This document shows, piece after piece, positions 1-14,690 of a stretch of 64,000 nt of DNA. The position numbers and the translations under genes are program-made. Origin of the DNA: Marsupella aquatica (taxonomy: Eukaryota; Plantae; Marchantiophyta). The DNA is taken from positions 26,214,798 through 26,278,797 of the forward strand of contig OZ316893.1 in the NCBI GenBank assembly GCA_973895155.1. The letters are read 5' to 3'. How positions within the stretch are numbered: the stretch's first letter is position 1; the number at the start of each line of letters is the position of its first letter. The notes beneath the pieces were generated by a model that searched no databases, was not told where the DNA came from, and worked only from the letters and a program-made list of their open reading frames with translations.

Positions 1-470
1 AGCATAGACGACGATCGCAACGGCAAGCCCATGAACCATCCAACGCATAATAGTCGACACAAGAGATACGTGGTTCACCTCCTTGAGGCTACGTCCACGG
101 GAACACACAAGAGAGCTTTACTGAACTCTAAGCCCGTCGGCTATACCGAGTCTCCACAGTGTAAGCTCTCCCTATCTCTCAAGTGGCTCCATAACAATGA
201 GCCTTGGTTATACCTCTCCAAGCACACATGCCTCTTATGATATAGTGTGCAACTTAGTTGTACCTAACCACATAGTTGTACCTAATCACGTAGTTGTACC
301 TAACCACATAGTTGTACCTAATCACGTAGTTGTACCTAACCACATAGTTGTACCTAATCACATAGTTGTACCTAACCACGTAGTTGTACCAACCCACGTT
401 GTTGTACCAACCCACGTTGTTGTACCAACCACGTCATACCTAACCTAGACGTAAGAGTAAATACCCAACA
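1..470 (-). mobile_element. Probable LTR terminus of an LTR retrotransposon running off the left edge of the window
   Basis: The minus strand starts TGTTGGGTATT at 470, a typical TG LTR start. It is followed by an 18-bp tandem array and a TATA-like CACTATATCATAAGAGG. The partner LTR is not in the window. Confidence 0.4.
255..433. repeat. 18-bp minisatellite, ~10 copies (ATAGTTGTACCTAACCAC variants)
   Basis: Directly visible; it produces the (VVPNHI)n pseudo-ORF 197..448. Confidence 0.95.
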
Positions 471-1792
471 CAGAGCAGTGGAGGGAATTGGCACTAAGCT
501 TAGATGTCAAAAAGCTCTATGCACCAGTCTCGATTTCACTACACCAGTGGGTTTTTGCTGTGTAAGCAATTCTCTCCTATTGGTGCCGAAATTTCACCCT
601 AGTACCAAATAAATGTATATGTGGATCAATACGTGGTAAGGAATCAAGAAGAGTACTATTTGTATAGAATGTTTCTTTTATAATGGGCCACAATGAGCAT
701 CTCAAAGGGCTGTGCCTCACGAGCAACTAATTAACTGTGCTGGCTCAAATAGAGTTACCAGATGCATGCCAATTGTCAAATCTTGGCCACAGCAAAATAT
801 TCATGGGCTTCAGGATATAGTTTCAATAACAACTAGTTGTGTTGAAATAACACTCCTTGAGTTTCTTTTTGTCAAAGAAAAAAAACAGGGTGTAAATGGC
901 ACTCCCAGACAATTGTTTTGCAAAATAACTGAAGTCAGCATTACTGAATTTAGTACATGTAGCGCTGCACTTAACCAGGCTTAATTCCAAACCCAACTAT
1001 GATTATGTACCATAATGGTGTTGGGCGTGTAGCTAGTTAGGGTATCTCCAACCCAACCAGATTTTGTTACTGTTGCTTGATGTTGACCAAACCCCAGTCA
1101 GTAAAGAAAATGCAAAAAGTCAGCTCCAGCCCACTCATTAGAATTCTATCAGGTTTTCAGGAATAGGTTTTTTGGGTTATTGGATCTACAAGAGATTCAT
1201 GAGTTGACTGCTTCGTGGGTTTTTTGCTAGGTTTTCAAGATTTCAAATATACAGTTGTCATGCTGATACCTGTTGTTTAGAGAAATTGCCCCATTAAGGT
1301 TGGGATGCTTTTCAGTTGCTCTGATAGTACACAAGACTGTATATTGTCAGATTGGTTAATTAATGTACCCAATAAGCAAAACCTCCTTGGGTTGGAATTT
1401 TCTTATAGCATTTGGAGCATCATCCTTGACTTCTGGCCCTCGAGTCTTGTCCCATTTTTTTTGCATTTTCCCCCTGGTTGTATTTTGTTATTTGCATACA
1501 CCCTCGTATGCACTTTACTCGTGAGCTATTATACCAGGTTTTTCAGTTTAGTGTTAGGGCTTTAGTTAACTTGCCCTAGTGTGTAACTTTGATACCTTTT
1601 TGGCCTTTGGTCCGTGCTTCCCTTGTCTTCTCTCATCGTCAAACTATTGTGGGCCATCGGCTCATAACACTATTGAAGTAATAGATTTGTATCTATGGAC
1701 CTCTTTTGCTTTTACCTTTTTTTTCTTGGTTTGGCCCTTTTTAGTAAATTTCTCCTTTTCGGCTTTAATCCAAATTAAACCTCCTAGGAGGG

Positions 1793-2870
1793 ATATACAC
1801 ACTTTTTATATACAAAGGGACCAAACAGAGTACAAAATAACAAACAAAAGAGGGCCAAAGTGGACAAAACCAAACGAAAAAGAAGTGAGCAAAAGGGAAC
1901 CACTAAACACCAAGAAAGAGGAACTAAAAGTAAGAAATGAGCAATAGGGAACCCCTAAAAACCAAGAAAGAGAGACTAAAACTAACCCAAGCGGACCGAG
2001 GTCCTCATCATTCCTAGCTAATGGTCCACATCAAGGGTCAAAACTAGATCGGCAAGGGGGATTGGAACATCCTCTAGGGGAGCTAGCCGCTGCGGAGGCA
2101 CACTAGCACCCATTGTAAGAGAGCGACGATAGATGGCCCGAGCTTGAGTACGCTGTAAGGTGACTGAAATGCATTGGCGAAAGTGCGTGGTCAAAACAAA
2201 AAGCGGGGGTCCGGAGGGACCCATTCAGCCATGAACATCCCGGGCAGCTTGCCGAAGAAGCCCATCAAACTGAGGATGAAGACGCCCAAATAGCTCCAGA
2301 GCAAGGGGGAGGAAGCTGTCGGATGAAGCTCGTGCAGCATATTTGGCCTCCTTCATTGTTGCCGCACGTGACGCTGCTGCCCCTGCCGTAGTTACCGCTG
2401 TCCCGATGATGTCTTGGCGCAATGGGTTGGCCACCACTACATCTGCCAAAGTACGTTGACCCTCACGGACCATGGTAAGATCCACCCGTAACCGCTGCGA
2501 TGGAGGACCAGGTAACTCGAGTACCACCTCCCGCCGCACGCATACCAAAGAGCCAGAGAGAACCTGAGCAGTCGCATCGCGCACAGCGTCATGAACAATA
2601 ATGGTTTCACCTCCCAATCTGCACCAAAGAAGATGGACACCTGTGGCATCACAAGGCTTCCCACAAGTGCAAGAAGGAGGTAAACCTGCAAGAAGTGGGT
2701 GGGGCAGCCCCATACGAAGATGCATGGCTGTGGAGAACTCCGTTGAAAACATCCGCAAATGAGGAATGACTGGATTGGCTTGAAGCCATCCTCCTGCGCC
2801 CTTCCCTCCGGAAGAAAAAATCCGAGCTCGGTCCGTGTCAGGTGCCTTGGAGAGGATGCTGGAAAGGGTG
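1793..2870 (-). mobile_element. 5'-truncated non-LTR retrotransposon with restriction-like endonuclease (CRE-like), copy 1
   Basis: C-terminal ORF remnant: RARIFSSGGKGAGGWLQANP...LRMGLP, CCHC knuckle CTCGKPCDATGVHLLWC, HDAVRD, RVDL...LADV, KEAKY, FLPLALELFG. One in-frame TGA at 2225 (CGA in copy 2). Near-identical to 21054-21981, including the 3' UTR. Confidence 0.8.
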
Positions 2871-5800
2871 AAAGCGTGTCTCCCAGTTTGGCATTTTGCA
2901 TTCCTTGGCAGTGGTATATATATAATTCACGACAAAAGAAATTGCTGAGTTGAGAGGAGCAGTGGCCTATTTTGAACTAGGTCAGTTTGCCCTGGATTGG
3001 AATGTATGTTGCATGTTCTACTCACCAGGTGCACTTAACTTCGTAAAAGCTCTGCCCAGATAAGCATCTTTTGAGAGGGACATGAGAGAACATTTATACC
3101 TTTGCAAAGATTCAATTCAAGCATTTTGGATATTGTTGAATGCCAAAGGAGCTTCTTCAGTCGTGAAAATGTTCCCTTGTTATTCCTCTGTCATATGTAG
3201 GTATTCCTGGGTCATTTGTTGGAATACCAAGGGATTATTACTCTGTCACATGTTAGAATACCAAGGGATAGTAAGAAACCAGTTGGCTACCGTAACAATT
3301 TGCATCGACTATACAGAATGTATGGACATAGGAATACTAAAGGAACATTTTGCATAGACTTCCACCATGAATAATTTACTCTTTATCTTCAATGTTATAA
3401 CTATCTTAAAACAGGCTCTCATTTACATATTCAAACCTATTCCCATATGCAACTATTCAGGGCTCCAACTTGTTAAATTACATAACCAAGGGGTCTTGGA
3501 ACTAATTTGTTTTGTTTGTAAGAACAGAGTATACACCAGGACTGTGACGAGGATGCTGAGAATATACTTATATGAAAAAATTCTTTGAATGCTCACTAGG
3601 GCCCTTTCTTAACAGAGTCCACAGTTTTAGCAATGATTTGTTTATTGTGATTTCAAGATTAATTTATTATTGCGCCAAGCAAGCTAGCACTAGGGTGTGT
3701 GACTTGTGGGGTTTAATAAAGCTTCCAGATTTCACCGAAAAGTGGGTAGTATCATATTATTTTTCCCCCAGGGAAAACATTTTAAGTAAAGCCACCACCC
3801 CCATGAAAGCTGATATTTAGTTAGGTGCTACATAATGTGTTCCTATACTGATGAGATCGAGGTATTATTGATGGGATAGGGTCGCCCTTTTGGTGCCTTC
3901 TGTTTCTTTCTTATGGCACTTAAATCTTTCATTGGCATGAGTATTGTATGGTGGTTGGCACACAAAAACGTGATAGCATATGGCGTACAATGTCACTCCA
4001 TACCATGATAAACCCAATCATTCTCTTTAAATCACTATGTTATTCATCCTACACCACAGATTGTCACATTTTGTTATGCAATTATCAGAACATTGATTAC
4101 TCCAAAAGGGTTGCAAGCAGCATCGATTGGGGATGTGAAGGACTAGTGATCAGTTAGGGATCGGGGTCTAAGGTGAACCCATTATCGGGAATGGGGATTC
4201 CCATTGAACCCCAAAACCCATACAAGTTTTGTGAGGTCAGACACAATTTAAAGGGTGAGAGTGAAAATTTACAGAGCTGCAGAATCCTGCATACCTCGCG
4301 TCGTATCCAGCTGGTCAAAAGTTCTGAGTGTGGGAATTGGGAGGTTGCGGATTCAAAGCGTAATTCCCTAAACTTAGGTTTAGAGGAGTGAAAAGTAATT
4401 AATTAACCCATTATCCCACACTAGGGTAGCAAACTGTGGCAGAAACCCAGGTTCACCCGAATGGTTTCACATGGAGCTGATGCAGCTTTGTCCAAAATGT
4501 ACTCTGTAAAATGTGTGCAGAGCCAATCAATTCTCTCCCATCACCTTGGCAAACACTACCTTGCCGCAGGTTTTGGGGCTTGTGTTAAGTAACACTAATG
4601 CATGCACCTAGAATTAGTGCAAGTAACACTCATTCCGGAGTAGAGCTCTGAAAGATTTTCACCTGGATTAGTGTGAGTAACACTAATAACGGTGAAGTGT
4701 AAAGAGTGTAGACCTGTAGCTAGGCCCCATCTATACATGCTTGCCTCACATAACCATTATTCTTGTTTCGCTTAGATGAAGTGAAATGATTTATTTGGGG
4801 GATGTGGGACCCAACTTCATGAAAACAACAAAACTTGAGCCAACCCAGAGTTGCCACGTTAGGGTATTGTAAAAAGAGTGACAAGCCCCCTAGCCCTATG
4901 TCTTTGGGACGTACATTCGTGTCAGTTTCCTCTCACATAATCAATCTAAACCAACGGATCTTGTCTGGTTTTAGGAGGGCCACCAATCAACCTACACTAA
5001 ACTATAAGATCTTGTGTGGTTTACGAGGGCCAATAACATTTCAGTTGCAAAAGCGGTGCCTGTGAACGAGGGATGTGGCCATATTATAGACATATCATTG
5101 GGAGTCACCCATATATTAGGCTTTGTTCAACCACAGCTGCCCCTGTAAAAGGGTCTTGCCCTCTAACCAACCACTGCTCATTTGCCTAGGTGAAGAGTAG
5201 ACCTACCCTCTGAGCTCTAGCCCTCAGTTCCCATAGGACTCTCCTTCCCTACAAACAATTTTGTTGTAAAATTTCCTCCTGAATTTCCTAAGAAATATGA
5301 TCCATTTTTAGATGTGGTTTTCCATGGAACATAGATTTCACCGACACCTACATTTTTTGAGCCATCGATCCCCCCCAATATCATGAGCTAATGAGATACC
5401 ACCAATACTAAAAAAACCAGAAATAAGATATGCTCGTTGTGTATGCATGACTGTCCTGTATGTGAAATTAGTACTACAAGAGGACTTTATAAGGGGACTG
5501 TTGGTTTAAGAGAAAAGTTGGGTTGTTCCTATGCACTACTTGAGCTTGTGGGCTATTACCAATAAAACTTCCGTTTGCAAAACAAAAGAGAATTAAAAGA
5601 TAGGAGAGAGGTTAATGTTGCAAAGTCACCCAGGATTGACAAAAGGGGATGATTGAGTGAATTTGAAAAGTAGTTCAGTTTATAAGGAGTACTTCCTGGG
5701 AGAGGGGTTGTGTATGGAGCACTTGTGCTCGAGCTCCGCCAAGGCCCCACTCCTATGAGAAGTTACATAAAGTTTGCAACATTAAAACTTATGAATTGGC

Positions 5801-6155
5801 CACCATAAAAATGGTCTACCAATATTTTTGGAAACACACTTCATCTTCCACGGTGTAATCGACAAGGCTGGCTGAATGGATTTTCATCCACAATGTCTGT
5901 TTCTCTTGCATTGTTGCCTTCTACAATCAACTTGCTTTTGCTTTGATCATTCTCTGCACGAGATCATTGACAGCTTGAAGGCATCAGGTTACTTGAATTT
6001 CTGTTGAGAATTGATCCATTGCAGAAAGTCCTTGGGCTATAGAATCAAGGAATTCATTGACTTACTCACTTTTGATATGCCAGTCTTTTTTCCTCTTGGA
6101 GGACACAGTACTCACTACATAATCTCTAGATGCTCTGTACTATACTATGGCTGTG

Positions 6156-6499
6156 TCATTCACGACGAGGGGCAAGATCGAGGCACATTAAGGCCTCGAT
6201 CGTACTAGTCAGGGCAGCGTTAGCAGACAGGCAGCGTTGGGGTTGTTTGGGCGTTGCGAGGGTGACATGTAGAGGCTGCCCAGAGGGCTCCGCTGCACCT
6301 AAACAACGATGGTCCTGTCCATTGCCTTTCGGCCCTGTCCCTCGCCGCAGTCCCGTCGCAATCCCCCCGCACCCCGTCGCAAATCCCCCGCACCCCGTCG
6401 CTTTACGCCCGTCACGCTTTATGCCCGTCATGCTAAACACCCGTCGATGGGACTGTATTTTTCTGTCACCCATCGGCAACTAAATTGAGCTGTATTCAC
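6156..6499 (+). repeat. Left terminal inverted repeat (~344 bp)
   Basis: Aligns by eye in reverse complement with 16510-16880, with small indels. Confidence 0.95.
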
Positions 6500-6729
6500 C
6501 TACTCTCTAGTGTATAAGCTTGGGCTACCATTTTGAATTGAGGACTACGCATTCAAACCTGGCAATTCAGGCGCGATGATGTTTCCAATTAGTAAATGGC
6601 GCTCATTTTTCTGTGAGAGACAACCCATGGATCAGGATTGTAATGCTTTCCACTACCAATTCAGGGATTGGGCTACGAGCAAAGTCAAATTCCTAGTTTA
6701 CAATCACGTTTCACAACTGGGATGCAGAA

Positions 6730-9700
6730 ATGGACTTGCAGGTGTTGAGGTCAATCTTCCCATCGTTTGTGCAAGGATCCTCCACTTTGAGCACAAAAGC
6801 ACATTCCCAGGATGTGCATGCAATCAGCAGCACAGCGCAGGCGGAGGTATTACAAGTACTGAGTGAAAATGGGGAAATTACTGCATCGGGTAGTTTACAG
6901 GGTAAGTTCTGTAAAATGGGGTTGGATGACGACGCACAAAATGAAGATGTCAAGAATGGGCGTGACAATCTCCCGGATAAGGACGATGAAAAGAAGGGTG
7001 ATTTCAATAAGGAACCCTGGAGTCAGAATGATCAGCCCATACCGGACCTAAAGAAGTGCTTCAACGAGAGCAATAAATGCGACAAAATTCAATACCCTCC
7101 TCCTGGCGAATTTGATGCAAGCGTCTTGCAATGGTTTGGGAGTAGGGCAGACTCTGCGTGGATTCCTAAACACAGGTTGAATGACTTCATTTGGGGAGAA
7201 TATGAGGGATTCCTTCCATACACAGTTTTCAGTGCGAAGGTCCGCTGATCATAAGATTAATGGGGCAGGACCTCTTGAGAAGAAAGTTATTTGGTATAAC
7301 TGTTGTTTTGGGCCCGAAGATAAGCGACATTGGAAGAATGTTGTTGGCAGCCACAAAGTTCCACAGAACTTGAAGTCGAAAGAAAGGGGCGTGTACTTAA
7401 AAAAGAAAACGATCTTAGGTAAACACAAAGACAGTAGTCCCCATGCAAACTCAAGTTCTGCTAATTTCTGACATTTTCGTTGTAGAACTAGCTTCACACG
7501 ATTCACGAACAGTGTCTTTGCCATACTCTGTTCATGTTGTGAATGGTACCGAACAAATGCAGTGTATTTGCCCATATTTTGCAATTTTGCATGTTAGGTC
7601 AGGCTGCAAATCGCATTTGACGACACGCTTTTCTAACCAATCATATACATGTCAGGGCACAGTATCAAGCGAGGCTGTAGGTGTAGCTTCACTGTCAGCC
7701 ATTTTGTACAGCGCAAAGATGTTGTGTTGATAAGATGGTTACATAGGGACCACGAGGACAAACACGGGCAAACATGCCATGGCTTGAATGATACTTCTGC
7801 ATATGCCTCTAACTGTCACATAGCTCCACGTATTTCGATGATACTCAGGGCTAAAATAGAATGATATTTGAGAGCTGGGTTGTCAGCAAAGGCCATAATC
7901 AAAGCACACTTTGATGAGGTTGCTGTGAAATGGCAAAAAGAGCATCCGGAGTCAGATGCCGATGTCATCTTTAGTAGAGACATGCAACTGACACCTAAAG
8001 ATATATGGACTATTCGGGAAGCAATGCGCAGGAGACAACCCTTTTATACCACTGACGATGCAACTGGCGTTCAAAATTGGGTGCATCAGAATGACGGGAA
8101 TGTACTCCTTTACCAGCCACAAATGAAACTCGAGAACCAACCATTCATTCTAGCCTGGTCAACAGATTGGCAAAAAAAGCAATTGGCTACGCTGGGACAT
8201 GACAATGCAGTTGGCTTCGATGCAACATTTGGCACTAACCATTGCGGGGTAAAAACTCAGAGTCCCTTACAAAAGTTTGACTTCCAACTTGTAGACGTGC
8301 ATTTTTGTTGGCTGAATTTAGACGCTCCTTTTTTTGGCTGAATTTTTATTTCGTGTCGTCTTATCATTTGATGTTCATTTCTCGTATCATTGAGCCTGCG
8401 CAGTTCCCCTTCTACACAATTGTTGTGTTCGACAAATTCCAGAATGCAATCCCTGTCGTTTTTGCCATCCTTCAAAGGTATTTAGTAGTGCATGTTACAA
8501 CGGTATTGTCAGCAGTGAAGGGCGTTGCAGACACTAAAAGAAAGGAATTGGGCCACCCTGGCCCATGGAAGCCCAATTGCTGGATCATCGATGTTGCAGA
8601 CGAAGAGCAAATCGCCATCAGGTAAATCCAAAGAATGCTTGTTTGCGTGACTGTGGACCGGCTGCCTACTTCTCACATTCAGAGGTACTCGTTTTCAATT
8701 TGGCGTATTCTTGCAATTGCACCCTCACATGTACGTGTTAACCTGCATTTGTCCAGCAATGTGTTCCCAAATGTGCCGCTCACGTTCTATAGCTGGCACG
8801 TAAGAAGGGCTTGGACCAAGAATATTATCGCAAAGGTGTTCTGCCCCTTTGCAAAGGCCCAGATTAATGCAGACCTCGGGGCATTGATGTACTCTAATGG
8901 AATAGGTTTGTTCCTCCATTGATTGTTACGCTCCACTTCAAATTTGAAATTGTGCATGTTGCAATGATTAATTGTCAATTACTAATCCGTGTTCATGCAG
9001 ATCTCACGGCCGAATCTGAGGCCTTTATGGTGAGGTGGAAGGAGACTCAACCTACCTTTGTGGCATACTACAAAAGAGAATGGCATGCCAAAGTCAACCG
9101 GTGGGCTGTAAATTTCAGACAGTTCAGACATGCGAATCAAAACACAAATGGAGGAATCGAGAGGTGGCACCACACTCTGAAGGTGGAACTGAAGGCCGAT
9201 AAGAGCAGCATCAGTGGCAGGTCCATCCCATGGCTCATTGAGAAGCTTAAAGCCATTGAGAATCACTACTGGTGTATGTCCGCCGATAAGTTTCAAGGCA
9301 GGCTTAGGAATCGGACTGTAGAGCAACACATACACAAATGCATGAACCAAGCCAAGCTCATCCCGGATCATTTTGTCACACTACTTGAATGTGGGTCAAC
9401 AAAGTGTGCTTCGGTGAAAAGCATGTCAGAAAAAATTGCTACATTGAAGGAGCACCTGGTTACAGATTGGAACACCGATTCATGCTCATGTACGTGCGGA
9501 TATTCAATCAAGGGCAATGCATGCAAGCACCAGGTATTTGCAATTTCATGACTCCTATTTCATAGTCCAGGACAAATTCAGCCTCATAATGTTAGCACTA
9601 GTGAGGCTGTCGTTCATAAATTACAGTAACACTTTAGCAGTAGTGAGGCTGTCTTTCGTAAATTACAGTAACACAAGTTCATCGTTTTTCCACAGATCAA

Positions 9701-10920
9701 GGTTCTATTGATGACACAAACCATGACAAAATTGGATCTTCTCACCCAGCTTGGTTCAAAGATGGGTACGTTCTGCGGAGGGCTTGATGTGCACATGAAG
9801 GTGCAAACTGGGGAGTTCGAGTCCATTAACGAGCTTGCAAACGTCACGCTTCAATATGATGATGATGATTTGTGGGATGAAGAATCGCCTGACCATGATT
9901 TTCTCCCTGTTTCCCCTCCATTGGATGAGTTTGAAAGTGTTTGAAGAAGGCATATGACACCGTATCTTATAAACCATCCCTTGCAACTCAAGCTCTGAAA
10001 GAATTGAAGGCGTGGACTGAGTCACTACTGACTTGGGAAGCGCAGCAGAATGTGGGTAGGCTAGAACCGGATCCAAGTTCACCGGAGACTTTGCTCCAAA
10101 ATCCTGAGTCAGATGTGTCAACAATGCGAAAACTTGGTTGGGTGGACAAGCTTATGAGAGGCCCGCAAAAGAGGAAAGGGAACCATGATACAGTTGAAGT
10201 AAAGAAGCAACTCACTGCCTTTACTGCCCCTGAACGACTGGACATTAAGAAGAAGGAAAAAGCGCTTTCCTTCTAGGGAAAATTTGACAAGCTTGCAGTG
10301 GACGCCCTACAAGAATTGCTGAATTCTGTAAAGGAGAACACATCACCAACACAATGTAAGTTTCTATATTATTGCTTATATAATGGGTCAATTTTGTAAA
10401 CTAAGTGCAACAATGCTGCCATGGCTGCCATTGTGACCACAACTAATGTTTCCATGTTCACTATAGGCTGCCTCGGAACTTCGAATTCGCAAACCACTTC
10501 ACAGTCCAAGGCACCGTTCACAGCCTTGTCAAAGGACCGTGCAAAGTCCAACACAGATGTTCCTGCACGTCACACAGGACGCCTGGGCAAGGAAGTCAAG
10601 GGCTGCCCCAACATATCCACTCAATGCCGTGAAGGACGGATGCTCTCAATCGGGTGTATTGCGTGAACCCCTCACTCAATTGCAAGCGCAAGTGATTGGC
10701 AACATTCACATCGGATCGAGTCAAGCTTGGGCTATGTCACCAAACTTTACTGACCTACTAAATGCATTCTCAGAGGGAGCAAAACAGAAGAATACTGGCC
10801 ACACTTCACCAGAAGCATGCAACATTGTTTGTATAACAGATTAGAACATGACAGTTGTGGATACACTTGACGGTGAGAACGTGCCAATTGCGGTCGTGCC
10901 CCCTGGTCATGAAAGATGAA
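6730..10920 (+). pseudogene. Spliced MULE-type DDE transposase with SWIM zinc finger (AT1G60560/AT4G13970-like), disrupted
   Basis: Collinear motifs: AWIPKHRLNDFI, WYNCCFGPED, KRGCRCSF, H...CHG, PFILAWSTDWQ, FDATFGTN, YTIVVFD, WIIDVADEE, WHVRRAW, TNGGIERWHHTLK, SWIM CSCTC-x7-CKH. GT-AG introns near 7419-7656, 8249-8403, 8622-8757, 8905-9000 and 9534-9696. Frameshifts near 7200 and 9940; in-frame stops at 7862 and 10274. The 3' end is approximate. Confidence 0.85.
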
Positions 10921-11631
10921 AGATTTGGCACATGTGCCGTCTACCTCATTGTGAAATGGAATGTGAAATGGTAAACAATTACGCGCTCGTCGTGAAGCTG
11001 GCCATGTATTTGCGTCTCAGTTCTACTTTTGCCAAAAACCCGGGTTCACCCCTGAGCACGCTTACTCGGAAGGAGTCAATTAAGTATGTTGCATGAATAC
11101 TTGTTTCATGACATTTAGGCGTCGACCGTGTTTTGTCTTACCCACAGAAGTACTTCACAATGTGTGAGGGTAATATCCAAACGTGCACGTGGGTTCAATT
11201 CTAACTTGATGATTGTGTACGTGGTGCAGCATTACAAATAACCAATGCAGTTGAGTGAGTTAATGTAAGTTCCATCTCATGGTAGTGGTGAGAGCGTGAC
11301 CATTGCCATTCACAAAGTACAAAAGTGTGCACAATAAACAATTGCCATGAGCCATTCACACAGTACTCACTGTGCACAATAAACAATCAACAATTCCGAC
11401 GAAGTCACTATGCTTTACATATATGTGGGGAATTAAATCTGGTAGTTACAATAAGGTACCATCACGAGTGGCATCTGTTACACATTGTCTGCACAAAAAT
11501 TGTGCCAATTTATCATTCAAAGACGGTTTACACGATCAGAAACTGAGGCTATCCATTTCCCAAGGTCATCCATGTTTTTCTCCACAATAGTTGGCTCCTT
11601 CACAATATACCTGTCCAGACGCTTATTCACG

Positions 11632-14600
11632 TCAGGACTGTAAACTCCTATTAAAGGACTCATACATTAGCTGTAGCGGCGACTTAGTGTCTTCACCACG
11701 CAGACCCAGGTTAAGGTCCACATCACATGTACCTTGAAGTACATGAGCCTCTTTAGTGTTGATTGCTGCACCTGCCACTTCAAATTCGATGATGGTGCGG
11801 GGACACAATGGGAACAAATTAAGAACCTTATTTGCATTCAGAGTATGATTGTTGCCATTGACACAAGGTAGGTTGCTATCTGAAGTATGTACAAAAATAC
11901 TACTATCAATTGTGTCCACACAAGCTCCAGATTCACCTTTCTGAGTGTCACTACTGGCAATTGGCGGCTGTGTATCAACACACAGTAGATCATCAAAAGG
12001 TGTTGCATCTTTAAACATTTCTGACATATCCTGCGTTTGCAAAATGTACTGAGGAACTTCTAAAGGGGAAGGTCCACCCAAATTGCACACAAGATCTGCA
12101 TATAGGCAATCCCGAGGTGAGTCATTTGAATCACCCACTCCCGGGGGACGAAATCCTTTGTCGTCAGGAAGCACGGGCGCTTTGTCTTGGGACAAAGAGC
12201 ACAGTCCCATGACAGCGTCGAAGACCTCGCCCTATTCTTCCTCTAGTGAGATGTCATGCCACTGATAATCTGCCAGTGGCTCACGCGAATCCAATGTTTG
12301 ACAATGTTTAGCATTGCAAATGTTGGCCAACCCAAAACTTCCATCTGTGTGAATTGACCACACTTGCGGCTGTGTCGTCATCGATAGAGACCCATTGCTT
12401 CCAATATCATCTGGGAGGGGAGTTTGATCTTGTGACAGGGTTATTCCTGCAAATGATCCATGTCCAAACAACATTTGCGTTGAAGTAAGATCATCTAAGC
12501 TTGTTAAAGTGGGAGGTGGGTCCTGCGGTTGCACTTCGTCCGATTCCGAGACATAATTGTTTGCTCCATCTTCTGCTGCAAAAACTTCATCATCTGGTGC
12601 GGGAGCTTCTGTGGGATGAAGTTGCTTCGTTTGGTAATACTCTGCTCGCTCACGCTCCTGCTCATCAAGCGTCTGTAGAAACAATTTTGTTGTAGGGTCG
12701 TCCGGGAGTTGCCATTGAACATCACATTCATCAAAAACAGGAAGACCTTTACAGTGAACAGGTTTGTGAGAAGTGGGTGTCTCCTTTGTTACATCCACAA
12801 AATCATTCATGCACACAGGAATGGATGCCGGTTCACCAGAATTTGGTGCCACATTTGTTGTTGTGTGCTGGGATGGCTTCTTCCGTGAAACCAATTTCTT
12901 CAATGGGACACATTTCCTTTTCCTCTTGGGTTTTGGCTTTGTTCTCTGCTCCTTAGGCAGAGCACCATCATCTGAAGTGTCAATCCAAACACTATCTGTT
13001 GCGGCCTGGACATGTACAAGCAATAAATAGAAATAAACAACCGATACATTCATTCCATAAACGAGCTGCCATGGCAAACAGAGTTCAAGTGCAACACAAA
13101 AACCACAGCAGGTACGAACACATACACAAACATGAAACATGCATCAAACTCAAATGAGTTCTACTATCGTACTTACTTGTTGTTTGGCCTCTGCCTCGCT
13201 GCAACCCATGAGTGCCATGTATGCACTAACCAAATTAGGTAGAGTCGTGGCACAACTATTGGGTTTTGCTTTTTGTTTCCACGCTTGATACTCTTGCTCT
13301 GCCTTGTTCTCATACACACTCCACCCGTGGTTGTTCTCCCACATGATGGCCTCTCGGTTCTTTGTAAGCCATGAAATAGCGTCCTGACAAATACTCTTTC
13401 TGTGCAGGAGCAATGCAGTGCTTAAGTGCTCAGAGTCAGTCGGAGTGACTGTGGTATTGAATATTGAGCCAAGGTGACCAATAGAGGATTTTAAGGCATG
13501 AAGGTCTTCACTGGCAAATGGGAATGAGAACCTTCTTCAATTTCCTGCGACAATTTGTTCATCCATGAACCAACAGCGGAAGTAGAAGGGCAAGAAGAGA
13601 TTAGATGTAGCAATTTCTTGAAATCTGTTGTCTTCACAAGGCTGTTCCAAGGATCATAACCAAGACTGGGCATCACGAACTTGAATACAGCAAGGAACAG
13701 GCCTTCTTGAGTGCAAATTTACCTCATCCTGTACTTGGCTTGACTCCATCTAGCTCGCATGGAACCCCTGGCTTCATAGTATGAATTGCAAACAACTTCA
13801 CTTGGCTACTTCCTCCTCCTTGCATTGTATTGTTGTCGTCTCTGCTCATCATCGCTATCTAGGGCATACAGGGATACCGAAGTCCTGAACAAAATTAGAC
13901 CATGTTGTTTGAACACATGGTTTCCAAAAGTTCTCTCCGTTTTGAAGACTCGGTTTTTGCAAGGTGCAACCTTGCAGACCACTGCATTGGCGTACAATGT
14001 GTAATGATCTCCCTCTATTGCAGCGCCATGTTTGGACTTAACTGCTATTGCCTGCGTTTGAACAGGTAGTGGATAGGATTCAGCATATTGAAAGCAAATG
14101 ATGCCAAAATTCACTTAGTTCGATTCAATGTTACCCTCACCTTCTGTGCGTTAACTCTGAATGTAGTATGTTTTGGAGGTGTTGCATCCTTTGAATCGCT
14201 ATTGGAAGCTTCATCGGAGTTGTCACTGCCAGAACTAAATACTCTCTTACGAGGTGCTGCATGAATTTCATCGCTATCAGAGCCTTCTTGAGAGCCCGTG
14301 GTCGTAGACTCCTTTGCAGGCACATTTCTTCGGACCTTCTTAGCTCTTGCAGTTGGGAGTCTTGACCTCGTAACCCGAACATGCTCTTCAATATGTGCAT
14401 CCTTAGACATTGTTTGTCGAGTCACCCGCCGAGGAGGTAACTTACCAGATTTTGTGGTCGACTTTGGGGGCGGTAAAATTACACACACATGACCTGATTG
14501 CCTTCTTGGTGCCTCGTTCAATTCATCAGGGTCTGACTTTGTTTTGGGTTCCTTCAAGGACAAACCCGGTTTCTTTTCCCGCAATGTGCGCCCGGTTGTG

Positions 14601-14690
14601 GGCGGTTTCACCCACTGCCCGCTGTCATGACACTGCGAGGGCTCTGTAGCGCCATCGTTCCCCTTTAGAGACCTTTGTCAATAGAGTAGA
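11632..14690 (-). pseudogene. Unknown multi-exon accessory gene of the TIR element with a C2H2-like finger, disrupted by stops
   Basis: Chain of minus-strand ORFs (14111-14611, 13806-14114, 13491-13676, 13150-13413, 12232-13140, 11632-12210). Basic, NLS-rich N-terminus and CKVAPC-x12-HVFKQH. 12232-13140 and 11632-12210 are in frame across a single TAG. The start is approximate. Confidence 0.6.

Noticed and set aside
197-448. ORF with (VVPNHI)n repeats
   Set aside because: Translation artefact of an 18-bp minisatellite; no spacers, so not a CRISPR array either.
6130-6483. GC-rich ORFs of 107-117 aa (and mirror ORFs at 16526-16806)
   Set aside because: They lie entirely within the TIRs and are open on both strands because of GC content.
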